A stretch of 64,000 bases of DNA from an uncultured Planctomycetota bacterium. GTDB lineage: Bacteria; Planctomycetota; Planctomycetia; Isosphaerales; Isosphaeraceae. Both the position numbers and the translations under genes were made by a program. Where the stretch lies: contig CAWGMQ010000003.1 of the NCBI GenBank assembly GCA_963823665.1, forward strand, positions 544,001 through 608,000. The letters run 5' to 3'. Below the pieces are notes generated by a model that made no database searches, was not told the DNA's origin, and saw nothing but the letters and a program-made list of their open reading frames with translations. Of the stretch, positions 48,801 to 60,800 are shown one piece after another; within the stretch, counting starts at the first letter, position 1, and each line of letters opens with the position of its first letter.

Positions 48801-51800
48801 GATCGATGTGGATGAATCGATCTCGGCGATGGTTGTGCCCGCGGGGATGCCGGCGCCGGTGACTTCCTCGCCCTCGATCAACCCGAGCGTTGTCGGGAGC
48901 TTGGTAACCTCGGTCGATGAATTCAGCGTGCCGGTTAGAGACTGGATGTCGCTGAAGAAGGAGAGGGTTTCCGATCCGCTGGCTGTTGCTGCTTTGCTGA
49001 GCGTGATCGAGCTGGGAGCGGAGAGCTCGCGCGATGGTTGTGCCGGCGGGAATTCCGTTGCCGGAGACGGGCTCACCGACGTAGAGGCTAGCCTCGCCCG
49101 CCAGGCCGGTCACGGAGGTTCCACTGAGCGAGCCGGAGAGGAAGGTGTAGTCATCGATCGCGGTCAATGGCTCCGGGCCGTTGCCGGTCGCGGTGTTGCT
49201 CAGTGTGATGGATGAGGAACCGGACGGGATCTGGGTAATGGTGGTGCCGAATGGGATGCCGGCACCGGAAATCGGCTCCCCTACATACAGACCAGCCGTG
49301 GTTGACAATTGCGTCACCGACTTCGTGCCGTTCAGCGTTCCTTCCAGCGCCGGGCCGTCGCCGAAGAAGGTTAGGTAGGCTGCTGCGCTTAACGTTTCCG
49401 ACTGGCTCAAAGTGAGCGACGACGACGAGTTGATGAGCGCGATGGTTGTGCCGGAGGGGATGCCGCTGCCAGATACCTGCTCGCCGGCGAAGAGGCCCGC
49501 GGTGCTTGCCAGAGCTGTGACGAGGGTCGAATCATTTAGCGTGCCAAGCTCAACCGTGTTGCTCGAGGCGGCGACGGAGCTGGCACCTTCGAGCGTGGTG
49601 GTCGAGATGGACTGGCCGACGAGACTCAGGTTTGAAGTCGAGAGCACGTCGATGGCGTTCTGGGCGGGGAGGGTGGCGTTGACGACCTGGCCATCGCTGG
49701 AAACGCTCAAGCTGCTGACGGAGCCGAGGCCAACGGGGCTCTGGAGCTTGGCCGTCAGTGTGTTCGCAGTCGTGCTGCCCTGGAATTTCAGGACGCCCTC
49801 TGTGCCGCCGACGAAGAGCTCGTCGGTGCCCGCACTGGAGCCAGAGACTGCAAGGCTGGTGACCGTGCCGATGCCCGGAGCGTCCTGCTTACCCTGGAAA
49901 ACGAGGTTGCCACTGGCACCGCGCGAGAAAATGGCGATCTGGGAACCGGTGCCGCTCGCGACATAAACATTCATGCCGTCCGGGCTGACCGCGAGCGCGA
50001 CGGGGTCGGACATGTTGACCAATGTGCCGACTGTCTGGCTGCCGGTGGGTGCCTGGGCGACCTTGTTCTGGAAGGATTGCTGCTGGCTAAGAGTCGCCGC
50101 GCTGGCAACCACCAGGAGATTCTGCGCGGTGTTGATACCGTAGAGGGTCTGGCCGTCGGGGCTCGAGACGACGGATTGCAGGCCGGGGATGGACGCGCCG
50201 ACGGTCGATGTGGGTGTCTCGAGATCGATATACTGAACACTGTCGCTCGTTAATTCCGCGCCCGAGATCGACTGCGTCTGGCCGCCGCCGAGTGATGCGT
50301 TGACGTAGAAATTGCCCAAATTCGTGGGAACGAGCGTCGCCCAGACACTGCCCGCTGGGAGGCCCGAGATCGTCAGGTCGGTGAGCTTACCGCCTGTCGA
50401 GAGGTTGGTTTCGACCCCTCCATTCAACAGGGCTTTATAGAAAGTCGATGTGCTACTGAGTGACAGGCCCAGCTCTGGATTTGCCAGTGCGACGGTGGTG
50501 AGATTCACGAAGTGCACGACATCGTCATTGGTAAAGTTGGGCATGCCTGAGGGGGCGTGCTCGCGGATGACCGCGACAAGTGCGTTCGAGGGCGCTTTGT
50601 TGATTGCGTTCCAGACCACGGAGTCGGACTTGTTGGAGACTGCGCCGAGCTGTGAAGCGGTTGTGTTCAGGAGGCCGAAGAGATCGGAGCCGTACTGGAG
50701 GCCGGTATTGTTGATGTTTGTGTCGGCGCCGGGAATCTCGGGTGTAGACGTTGTGTCGCCGGAGATAAAGGGGTTCAATCCAACGGGGCCTGTGAGAAGC
50801 AGAGCGCCGGACTGGTTGCCGGCGACTGCGCCCCAGTAGGACTCTCCGGAGACATCAAGGGTAAGATGGCTGCCGGTGACGGCCTGAGGTGTCGACGCAG
50901 GGACCACGACGATGGTCTCGGTGGCGTAGAACGAGGCGGGTATGGACGTGTCGGGCGAAATGTTAATTGAAGAGTATTCGAGCTGGTATGTGCCCGGTGC
51001 CGAATAGGCGTGAGTAAATGAGGAATTATTGAAGCCCGTTGAGGAACCATCACCCCAAGTGATGGACGGTATATAGTTGCCGCCGAAGTCCTGGGTGACA
51101 CTGAGGGTAAAGTTCGTGTTTTCGACGACGGTCACGGTGGGATTGGTATTGGAGCCGAGGATCACGTGACCGCCGCTGCCGCTCGGTGCGGTGGTGATGC
51201 CCGCTCCATCCGATCCGCCGGCACCCCCGGCGACGTTGATCGTCGCGCCGGAGTCTTCGAGATCACTTGCGCCCAGCCAGACGGTGCCACCGCCGCCTCC
51301 GCCGCCTCCGCCACCCGCACCGCCCGGTCCGCCGCTCCCTCCGATACCTCCGCTCCCGCCAGCGCCGCCAAAGCCGGCTGAAGCTGAGGTGTCGTCGAAT
51401 CCCGCTATTGTCTGGGGATACATATCGGTAATCGGGGTGGTATCGTTGGCGCTGCCAACAGGCCCGGTTGATGCCGCCGCGGTGCCGTTCGACCCTTGGC
51501 CGCCCTGGGCATCGAAGCTCCCATTCGAGTCGACGATCACGCTGCCGTAGGCATACAGCTCGAACGCGCCGCCGCCTGCCCCGCCGGGGCCGCCCGGCTC
51601 CCCGGTGCCGCCGGGGCCGCCCGTGCCGCCGGACTGGCCGGTGCCGCCCGTGCCACCGGTATCGCCATTGAGGTTGTTTCCACCGCCACCACCACCGCCG
51701 CCCCCGCCGCCTGCTCCCTGGCCGCCACCGCCCTGGCCGCCGCTGCCGCCGCCAGAGCCGCCGGCGAGGACCTGATTATTACCACCGTTGTTGCTCCCGG

Positions 51801-54800
51801 CGGCTCCATCGCCGCCGGTACCTCCAACGCTGCCGCTCGACCCAGTCACGCCCGGATTGCCTGGATTGCCGTTGCCGTTGTTGCCTCTCAGGAAACTGCT
51901 GCCGACGCCCCCGCCCCCGGCGGTGCCGGCGGAGCCATAAGGTGAGATCAGGTTTGTCCCTGGCGAACCTCCCGTGCCGGGTGTTCCTCCGGCCGCATTC
52001 CCGGGAGTATTGACCCCGGGATTTCCCTGGTTTCCCGTCGAGCCAGCCGAGCCCGTGGTTCCGTTCGATCCCCCTGTGCTCGCTTGATGGCCTGTGCCTC
52101 CCCCTTGCCCGGCAAAGAATCCGGGCCCGCCGCCGCTACCACCGGTGCCTCCAGGTCCGCCGGGGCCTCCTGTACCTTTAGTGCTCGTGCCCGAGATTGC
52201 AGCGCCTCCGGCTCCTCCGCCGGCCGCACCAATCTGCCCGATTGCCGAGGCATTGATGGTCGCGCCTGAGCCGACAATGATATTGTTCGCTACCAAGACC
52301 TCGCCCGGGTTGTTTCCGGTGAAATTGACCGTCGTGCCAGCCGGAATATATAAATCGCCTTGGAATACAAAATACGTATAGTTGTTTGCGTTGTAGGTGT
52401 ACCACGGCGTGCCGTTGAAAGTGCCAGCCGCCTTACCATTAATGGTGTCATGACTCGTGTCGAACGTGACCGTCACGCCGGCGCCGCCAATGAAGTTGTT
52501 CGTCGCGGGCACGTTGTACGACGTGGAAATGCTCGTCGGCGAGACGGCCGGATAGATCTCCTGGAGTACGATGTTGGCCGTCACGGCGCTGCCCGGGGTC
52601 CAGGTTAACTGGGTGAGGTTTGTGAGCGGGGTTGTGAGCGGGAAGTATTCAAGACCGGAGCCGGCCGAGACTGTGAATTGCTGCGGCGGTAAACTGACGC
52701 CATTGGCGTCCGTACCTTGGAACTGCACGGTAGTGGTCCCGCCGGATCCGGCGCTCAACATGACACCGTAAAACGCGAAGAGTCCACCGTCGGCATTGAG
52801 GGTGAGCGTGGTCTGCGGCGTGCTGGTTCCCACCGCCGGGGTCGCGCCGGGTTCGGGCTCGAGTGTGCCGCCTGAGCTCGAGAGCGTGAATGTGGCGGCT
52901 CCCAGAGTTTGGCTAAAAGACGTGAGGCCACCCGTCAGCGCGCCGAAAGTCATGATCTGATTGAACTGGCTGAAATTGTTGTAGGTGTTGAAGCCCTGCG
53001 GCTGGAGCACGCTCGCGCCGGAGACCAGCTTGACGTTATTGCCGTTAATCGTGGCGTCCGTCGCGCCGGAGAGATTTTGAATTGCCAAGGTGTCCGAGCC
53101 GCTCTGGCTGCCCAGGATCTGAACCGTGCTCGCTCCGCTTGAGGGGACGAGCGGCAGTCCCGATCCGGGGCCGACCAGAAGTGTCCCGTCGCTCTCGGTC
53201 CAAGCCTGCGCGGCGCTATTGGCGCTATCGTTGACGATCAAGCTCGAAATTCGGGAAAGATCTAGCTGTTTCAAGAAAGCCAGGGATGGATCGATCGCGC
53301 TGATCGTGGTGTTGTAGGGATTGGTCTGGAGATCGACATTCACGGTGTTCTGGCCAATTCCGCCGTTGATCTGGTCCACAGCGCCTGGGAGGCTGGAGGT
53401 ACCAATCTGCTCGATCGTGATCGTGTTGTCGCCGGCGTTATTCGAATCATCCGCGCCGACCTGATTGCCGGAGCCAGTCTGGGCGCGTTGATCGGTGTTG
53501 ACGGAAAGGTTCGGGACAGTTTCATCGATCGTGAGCGAGTTGATGTCGCCGCCCAGGTTGAGATTCGCTTGCTCGAAACCGGCGAAATCGACGGTCTGAA
53601 TAGGCCCGAAGCCTGTCAGCGCGACGCCGCCACCGGAACCGTTCAAAAGCGCCGCGGACATAGTCTGGGGAGAACTCGTCGCATCGAAGGTGACCGAGTT
53701 ATTGCTGCCGCCGGTGCCGTCCAAGGTGAGCGTGCCGGACGTCTGGTCGACGAGAACCGTTGTCGAGCCTGTCCCGGTATTGATCGTAACCGGTCCGCCG
53801 CCGCTCAAGGTGTTTTCGACCTGGATCTGGTTGCTGGCGCCCGAGCCGAGATCGACGTTCAGGGTGCTCAAGTTCCAGAACGTGATGGCGCCTGAGTTAC
53901 CCAGGGCGGCGATGCTGCTGGCAGAGAGAAGCGCCGACTTGCTTAGGTTTTCGCCGCTATCGTCAACGGTGAGTATGGCGGTTGAGCCACCGTCGATTGT
54001 GATCGGCGCGGTAAAACCCGCGAGGGTCTGTTGAGGAGGTATCTGGAATGTAATCAGGCCTGCCGTACCCGGGCTCTGGGTGGCGCCGAAGTCGGTGGCG
54101 AGCGTGGACGGGGACGGGAAGAGACTGCTCAGTAAAGTGCCGCTTGCGGGCACGGGGCCTTCATCGACGATCGAGAGGGCCGGCGGCGCTCCGCCCAGGT
54201 TGATCGTGTTGCTGCCTGATTCCGTCACGATCGTGGTGGGGAAGGCCGTGCCGAGCACATACGCGCTGTCGTTGCCGCCTTTCATGTCGAGCATGAAGCT
54301 CAGTGTCGACGTGGCGACATTTGCCACGGGGTTGGCAATCGTGAACTGCAGGCCCTGGCCAACCACGGCGGCAACGTTCTGGTCGGTAGCCTGCGACGGG
54401 ATGGCGGCCAAGACGATCGGATCGTCGGTGCCGGAATTGGTCTGGCCGGAGCCGAAAACATTGACGATGTTCTGTCCGGGGCCCTCGTTGAACATCACGG
54501 GAGCGTCGGGCGAGGCTGAGCCGGTCAGGCTCGCGTAGAGGTTCACGACGTTCGTTCCGGGCGCGCCGTTGAGAGTGGTCGCGGCCGTCGTGCCCGTCAC
54601 TGTAAAGGTGTCGTTGCCGCCGAAGCTTTTGCTGGGATCGTTCACGTCCAGAAGCTGGATGTCGGAGTAATTGATCGTTGCCGTGGGCACCGAGCTCTGG
54701 GACGGTGGCTCGGTCGGCTTGACCGTAACGGCGCTGGCGGAGACTGTGAACGTGTCGTCGCCGGTCGTGCCGGTGATATCGAGCACATTGTTGCTGCCGG

Positions 54801-57800
54801 AGCTGTTGTCACCTCCGTTAACCGTCACCGGAATCGACGGCAGCGTGTTGATGTTGATGATGTTGTCGCTGCCGGTGGTGGTGATCTCGGCGCCATTCCC
54901 CTCAAGCGTGCCATCCAGGTTGAACGTGCTGCCGCCAAAATTCGTGCTGTCGATGAACACGGTGAGGGACGGACTCGCGGTTGAGTTGGTCAAGCCCGAG
55001 AGCGTGGCCAGCGCCGGCAGCATGACGTTGCCCGCGGTGGCATCGAGCGTGACCGTGCTGCTTGTGCTGGTGACCGACACACCCGGCTCGACCGTGATAT
55101 CGCCGGTGGCGGTCAGGTCGACGTCGTCGGTGGCACTTACCGGTTGCTCGATGTCGAGTGAGCCGCCCGCAGAGATATCGATCTGGCCCGTGGCGGAGAG
55201 CGTCGTGGGGAAAGTTACGCTCGGTTCCGCCGCGGCGGCTGCACTGCTCGAAATTGCGAGGGGACCGGAGTTAACGATTTCGAGCGGCCCGCCCCCGGCA
55301 CTGGCGATGAGCTGCTGGAGGCTCGTGGCAATTCGGTTGGCTGCGGTGCCGATTCCGGTCTGGGCCAGAAGGACGGCGTCGGTGGCACTCACGAGCGTGG
55401 TGCCGCTCGTCTGCGCTTTCAAGATCGCTCCGGCGGAGTTAATCAGCGCGACACCACCGACGTTGACGAGTCCGAGTGACAGATCACCAGCGGGCTGGTT
55501 CAGGTACACGTCCAACCCGGCGATTGCATTGACCACGTCCGGGATGGTTTGCGGTTGGGGGGAGGCGAGGTTGATCGGGACGTCACCGCCGCCGATGGTG
55601 CCGATATCGCCGGCAGGGGCGTTCAGCGTGATGGTAGCGGCCTTCAGGTTCACGTTGTTCGAAAACGGCGTGCCGTTGGCGTTATAAATGGATCCGCCTG
55701 TTGCGGTCAGCGTGAGACTACCTTGAGCGGAAGTAATCAGGCCGACCGGAAGGTAGTCTGGGGCAGTCAGGTTCACCGTGACGGCACTCGAGTTGCCGGC
55801 CTGGATGTTCACGGCTTGCGAGACGGTGACGCCGAGCAAGTTATAGGTGCTAGGCGTTTCGGTTGGCACTGCTCCGGCGGTAGTCTGAGACGTGCCGTCG
55901 CCGATCGTGAGATTCACGGTTTCGGCAACAAGAGCAGAGCCGTTCACCGTGAGATTGTTCGTCGTGTTGTTGAGTGCGGAGACTTGCAGCGTGACTACAC
56001 CATTTGGAGCACTCGCCTGAAGCGAGGGGCTGCCGGCGAACGTGCTTTCGACGAGCTGGGCGACGATGGTGCCACTGTCGCCGATCGAGCCCCCGGCGCT
56101 CAGGTTGAGCGAGTTCGTGACGATCTGATTGGTGGTACTCGAGCCAGACGGAATTTCGATGCTCGCCTGCGTATCTGTAATTACGGTGGACCCCACGGGG
56201 TTGTCGATCGTTCCATCCAGGTCAATGTCTCCGCCACCGCTGTCGGTTAAGAGGACCTGGGATGCGGACTCGGGCGCCTCACCCGTCGTGTAGTTGAAGC
56301 TCGATGAGTCACTTGCCGTGACCTTGATGAGACTCGAAAGACTGGCGGAGGAGGGAAGTTCATTGCCGACGTTGATATTGTTGAGAACCAAGGTGTCGGG
56401 AGACTCGTTGGCGATGAGCACACCCGCGACGGCCGAGCCGAAGTCAATGGCCGGGGTGCCGGAGATCTCGGGCGACCCGTCGCCGGTGGCGGAGAAAACG
56501 ACACTGCCGGGGACGGTGGGCTGGATGTTGCTGACCACAATCTGATTGGACTGGATACTCCATTCGACGTTTCCGATGTCGACGAGCTGGTTTTCAGTGG
56601 GGCCGATCTTCAGCTCGGGAGCGATGCCCAGGATGGTGACGCCGGAATTGAACTGGATCTGATTTGAGGCGGTCTTGGTGGCGGCTGCACTGGTTGTCGG
56701 AACGGTGGGACTCGGCGTAGTCGAGGAGACGTCGAGTGTGCCGGCCACGATACTCGAGCCCGGCGCGGCGGTGATGCCTGAGGAGTAATTCAGGATATTG
56801 GTCGGATTGTTATCCGGCTCGCCGATTCCGTCACTGTCGGCATTCGGGTCTGAATTGACGGCGATCGAGCCGGTGGTTGCCGTGATCTTCACGCTGCTGT
56901 CGCCAGTCAGGTTAGCGCCGCTTGCCAGGTTGACTTGCGAGACATAGGTCGCGGTGAGGCTCGTGGTCGCATCGGTCGGGGCGACCAGGGCTGTGGAAGT
57001 CGAGTTCGCGGTCGCCGTCGCGCTTCGGTTTGAGGTGGGCGTGCTGCTCGATCCACCACTGCCGCCGGAGCCGACGGGGGGTGCGGCGTCTGCCGCGCTT
57101 ACCTGGACGATCGCGGCGGAGAGGTTGGCGCCGGAGTCAACGCTCGTGGTGGCTTCAGAGTCGACCGTGGTCGTCGCGGTCGAGTTGCTGTCGGCCACGA
57201 GGCCGCCGTTCGTCGAGGTTGCCGTGGAGCTGGCATTGGTTCCGGTCTGGGACTGGACGAGCAAAGTTCCGAATGGTGCGGAAAGGGTTGAGCCGGCGCC
57301 CACTTCCACGTCGGCTGGGTTGGTGAACAATGTGGTGGCGAATGCATCGGAACCGACACCGATGCCGCCGGCTATGCCCGTTGCCGTGGCTGATGCCGAG
57401 CCCGTGGAGCTGGCAGTCACGCTCAGGTTCCCGACTGTAGCGGTGATCGAGGCGCCGGGCGCAACGAATGTGAACGTGCTCACGCTCAGCGAGGCCAATG
57501 CTGTGGCCTCGGCGTAGATCTGAGCGGCCTGGTCGCTGGTCAAGGTGAACGAGGGAGCCAGGTTGTTGATCTGCTGCGTCAGGTTTGCAATCGCTTCTGT
57601 CTGAGAAATCGGAATTTGTTTCTGTGTCAGGTCGGAAACCACGTTGCCGCAAACGTCGTAGATCCGGATGTGCAGGAGACCCTTGTTGTCGATGCCGGTG
57701 ACGAGCAGGTTGTCGCCGATCGGAATGTTCGATCCGTCGCCCCACGAGACCACCTGCACCTGGGGTTGCAAAATCGCGGTTACCTCGGCGAGGAGCTGGG

Positions 57801-60800
57801 CTTGCTGGGCGGCGGTGGGCTGCTGCGAGGACGAGTACTGGGCGATTTGCTGCTTGAGGTTGGCGATAGCGGTTGCATCGCCGGACTCGTTGTTCTGGGG
57901 GACGACCTTGCCGGTGTTGTCAAAAACCTCGATGTGAAGCACATTGGAGCTGTCGGTGCCGACGACCACCAGGTTCTTGCCGGTGGTCGGGAAACTCGCG
58001 TAGCTGGCGACCTGGACTGTCGGTGTGGTTGGCGCAGTATTGCCGATTGTCGCTTCGGCGTGGGAGTCGCCGATCGCGATGAACGATCCCGAGTAGTCTG
58101 AGTTGCTGGAAGTGGCGGTGCCGTTTGAGGTCGAAGTGATACTGACGTCGCCGGTGGCCGCGTTCAGAACGGCTCCGCTGCCGACATAGGTCTGGACGAT
58201 CGGATCGACAGTCGCGGAGGCGTTGCCGCCGGCGCCGGCCGCCGTCGCGGCGAAGGCGCTCGCGACCGTTGTGATGGGATTGATCGTGTCGGTGGCGGTG
58301 GAGCTGATCTGGATGCTCCCGGCGTTTATCTTGACGTTATCAACGACGGCCTCGATCGTGCTATTGATCTGGTTCGACGACAACGAGATGCCGACGGACG
58401 CACCGAAGGGAGCGAACGAGAGTGCGCCGGCGCCCACCGTGGCGGTGATCAAGCCGGTTTCGCTTGCGCTTACGGTCACCTGGTCTGCCGCGGTGACATC
58501 GCTCTTTGAAGTCGGGCTTGCACCGGTGATATAGCTTTCGACATCGTTCGTGATCGTATTCGTCGAGCTGGCGCCGCCGCCCGAGAAGCCGACGCCGGTC
58601 AGAGAGAAACTGGCCGAGACCGAGGCCGCGAGTGCAAAGGCACCGGCAGTCGGAGTCGCGACAGCCGTGATACTGACGTTCGCCGCAGAGTCAATCGTCG
58701 AGGCGTCGCTGTAGGCGTAAACGGTGTCGGCGATGGTGTTGTCGGCGACCGCACCGCCGATGGAAAGTGCTACCGACCCCGTAGCGCCGGTGGCGATCGT
58801 GACCGAGGCAGCGCCGGCCGTCGCCGAGACATTCGGATTGTCGTCGGCTTTGACAATGACGTCACCGCTCTCCTTGGTTGTGATCGACGCACCGCCCGTC
58901 ACGTAGGCTTCGACCGTGTTCGTGAGGTTGTTGGTCGTATTGGCACCGGCGCCCGCGCCGGCAACGGCGGCCCCTGACCCAACGGCGATCGAGGCGGCGC
59001 CTCCGGCGCTGATGGAGTCAATCGTGACATTCTCGTCCGCCTCGATGTGGACGTTTCCATTCGTGGCGGTGACGGTCGCGCCGTCGACGTAGGCGAGAAT
59101 GTGGTTATTCATCGTATTCTGCAAGACCGCCACCCCGGCAGCGGCTGCGATGCCGACTCCGGTCGTAAGGCCCGCTGCGATCGCGACCCCGCCTCCGGTT
59201 GACGATATGCTTGTGCTGTCGGTGGCAGTCACGGTGACTGCGCCATCCGAAGCCGTCACGTTCGACGTGGTGCCGTTGATATATGCTTCGATATCGTCCG
59301 TGATGGTGTTCAAGGTGGTAGAGCCGGCGGCGGCGACGCCAATCCCAAGCCCGCCCCCGCCCCCGGCAGAGATGGCTCCGCCGATCGTCAGGCCGCCGAT
59401 CTGCGCGGACTCGGTGGCCGCGATCGTCACGGCGTCCGAGGCGGTCACAGTCGAACTGTCGACGAACGCCTCGACCGTGTCGGTGATCGAGTTGATCGCG
59501 AAACCGACGCCGAGCGATACGGCGACGCCTCCGCCGGCGCCGACGCCAATGCCTACTCCACCACCGTTGGCTGTGATCGAGGGCATATCGCTGGCGAGGA
59601 TCTTGACGTTGCCGGCGAAGGCGGTGACCGTCGCGCTATCCTGGACGTAGGCTTCGGCCGTGTTGTTGATGTAGTTGCCCGAGCCGGCGCCGGCCAGGCC
59701 GAGTCCCACCCCAGCGCCACCGATGCCGACGGCGACGGCGCCGCCGATCGTCCAGGCCTGGATGGTCGCTCCCTCGGTCGCTTGAAGCAGGATATCGCCG
59801 GTTAGCGACGTGACAGTCGAACCATCGACGTATGCCGGAACAGAGTTGGCGATGTCGTTACGCGCTGCGGAGATTCCGATCGCGACGCCGGGGGTGCCTT
59901 CGAGCCCGACGCCCACGGCGAGGCCACCGCCGACAGCGACGATAGTCGCCGAATCGGAGGCGAGAACCGAGACGCCTGTGGACGCGTGGACGATGCTGGG
60001 GCCGCTCGAGTCACCGGTGATCGCGGCGACGACCGACTCGCGGAGGAAATTCAAGTTGAGCGAGCCCGCGACCGCGACTCCCTGGGCTCCGGCGGCGCCG
60101 ATGGCCACGCTGACCAGCTCCGAGCTGATGTCGACGGGGACGGGAATCTGGACGAAGCCGAAGTTGAGGGAGTCAGTCGAGCCGGGCAACTCCGGAGGTG
60201 GGCCGAAGTCGGCCTCGACCGAGATGTCGCCGGTGGTCGCGGTGACCTTGGAGCCGGTGATGGTGCCGCTCACTTGATGCTTGTTCGTCGAGGCGACAGT
60301 GTTCGACGTACCGGTCAAGTCGGGGTTGGCCGGATCAAAGCTGCCGCCGATGTAGTTGTAAGCGATCGCACCGCCGGCGGCGACGCCGTCCAGACTGATG
60401 GCGATGGCACCGGCCACGACCACCATGATGGCTGACTCGAGAGCCAGCGCGCTGACGGAGTCTTCTGCGACAACCGTGGAGTCGGAGATATGGGCGTCGA
60501 CGTTGTTGGCGATCGAGTTCACGGTGATCGAGCCGCCGAGTGCGAATCCGTCGCCGGTTCCGGCGCCGCCGACGGCGACCGCGACCAGCAGAGGCATTGA
60601 GGTCGCCGTGACGTCAAGGTCGCCCCCGGTCATCACGGTCGAATGGTCGACGTAAGCGGTGATCGAGTTCTGGATGAGGTTGTAGCTGACGGCGGCGCCC
60701 TGGGAGGCCCCAGCAATGCCGCCGGCCACCGAGCCGATGGTGGAGGTGTCGGTCGCTGTTACCGTGACTGTCCCGCCGGCGGTGACGCTCGAGGACGCGA

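Noticed and set aside
48718..49076. Overlap of the 5048-aa and 2086-aa ORFs as a programmed frameshift
   Set aside because: No slippery heptamer is present; the break falls mid-repeat and is fixed by removing one base, like the other indels in the window.
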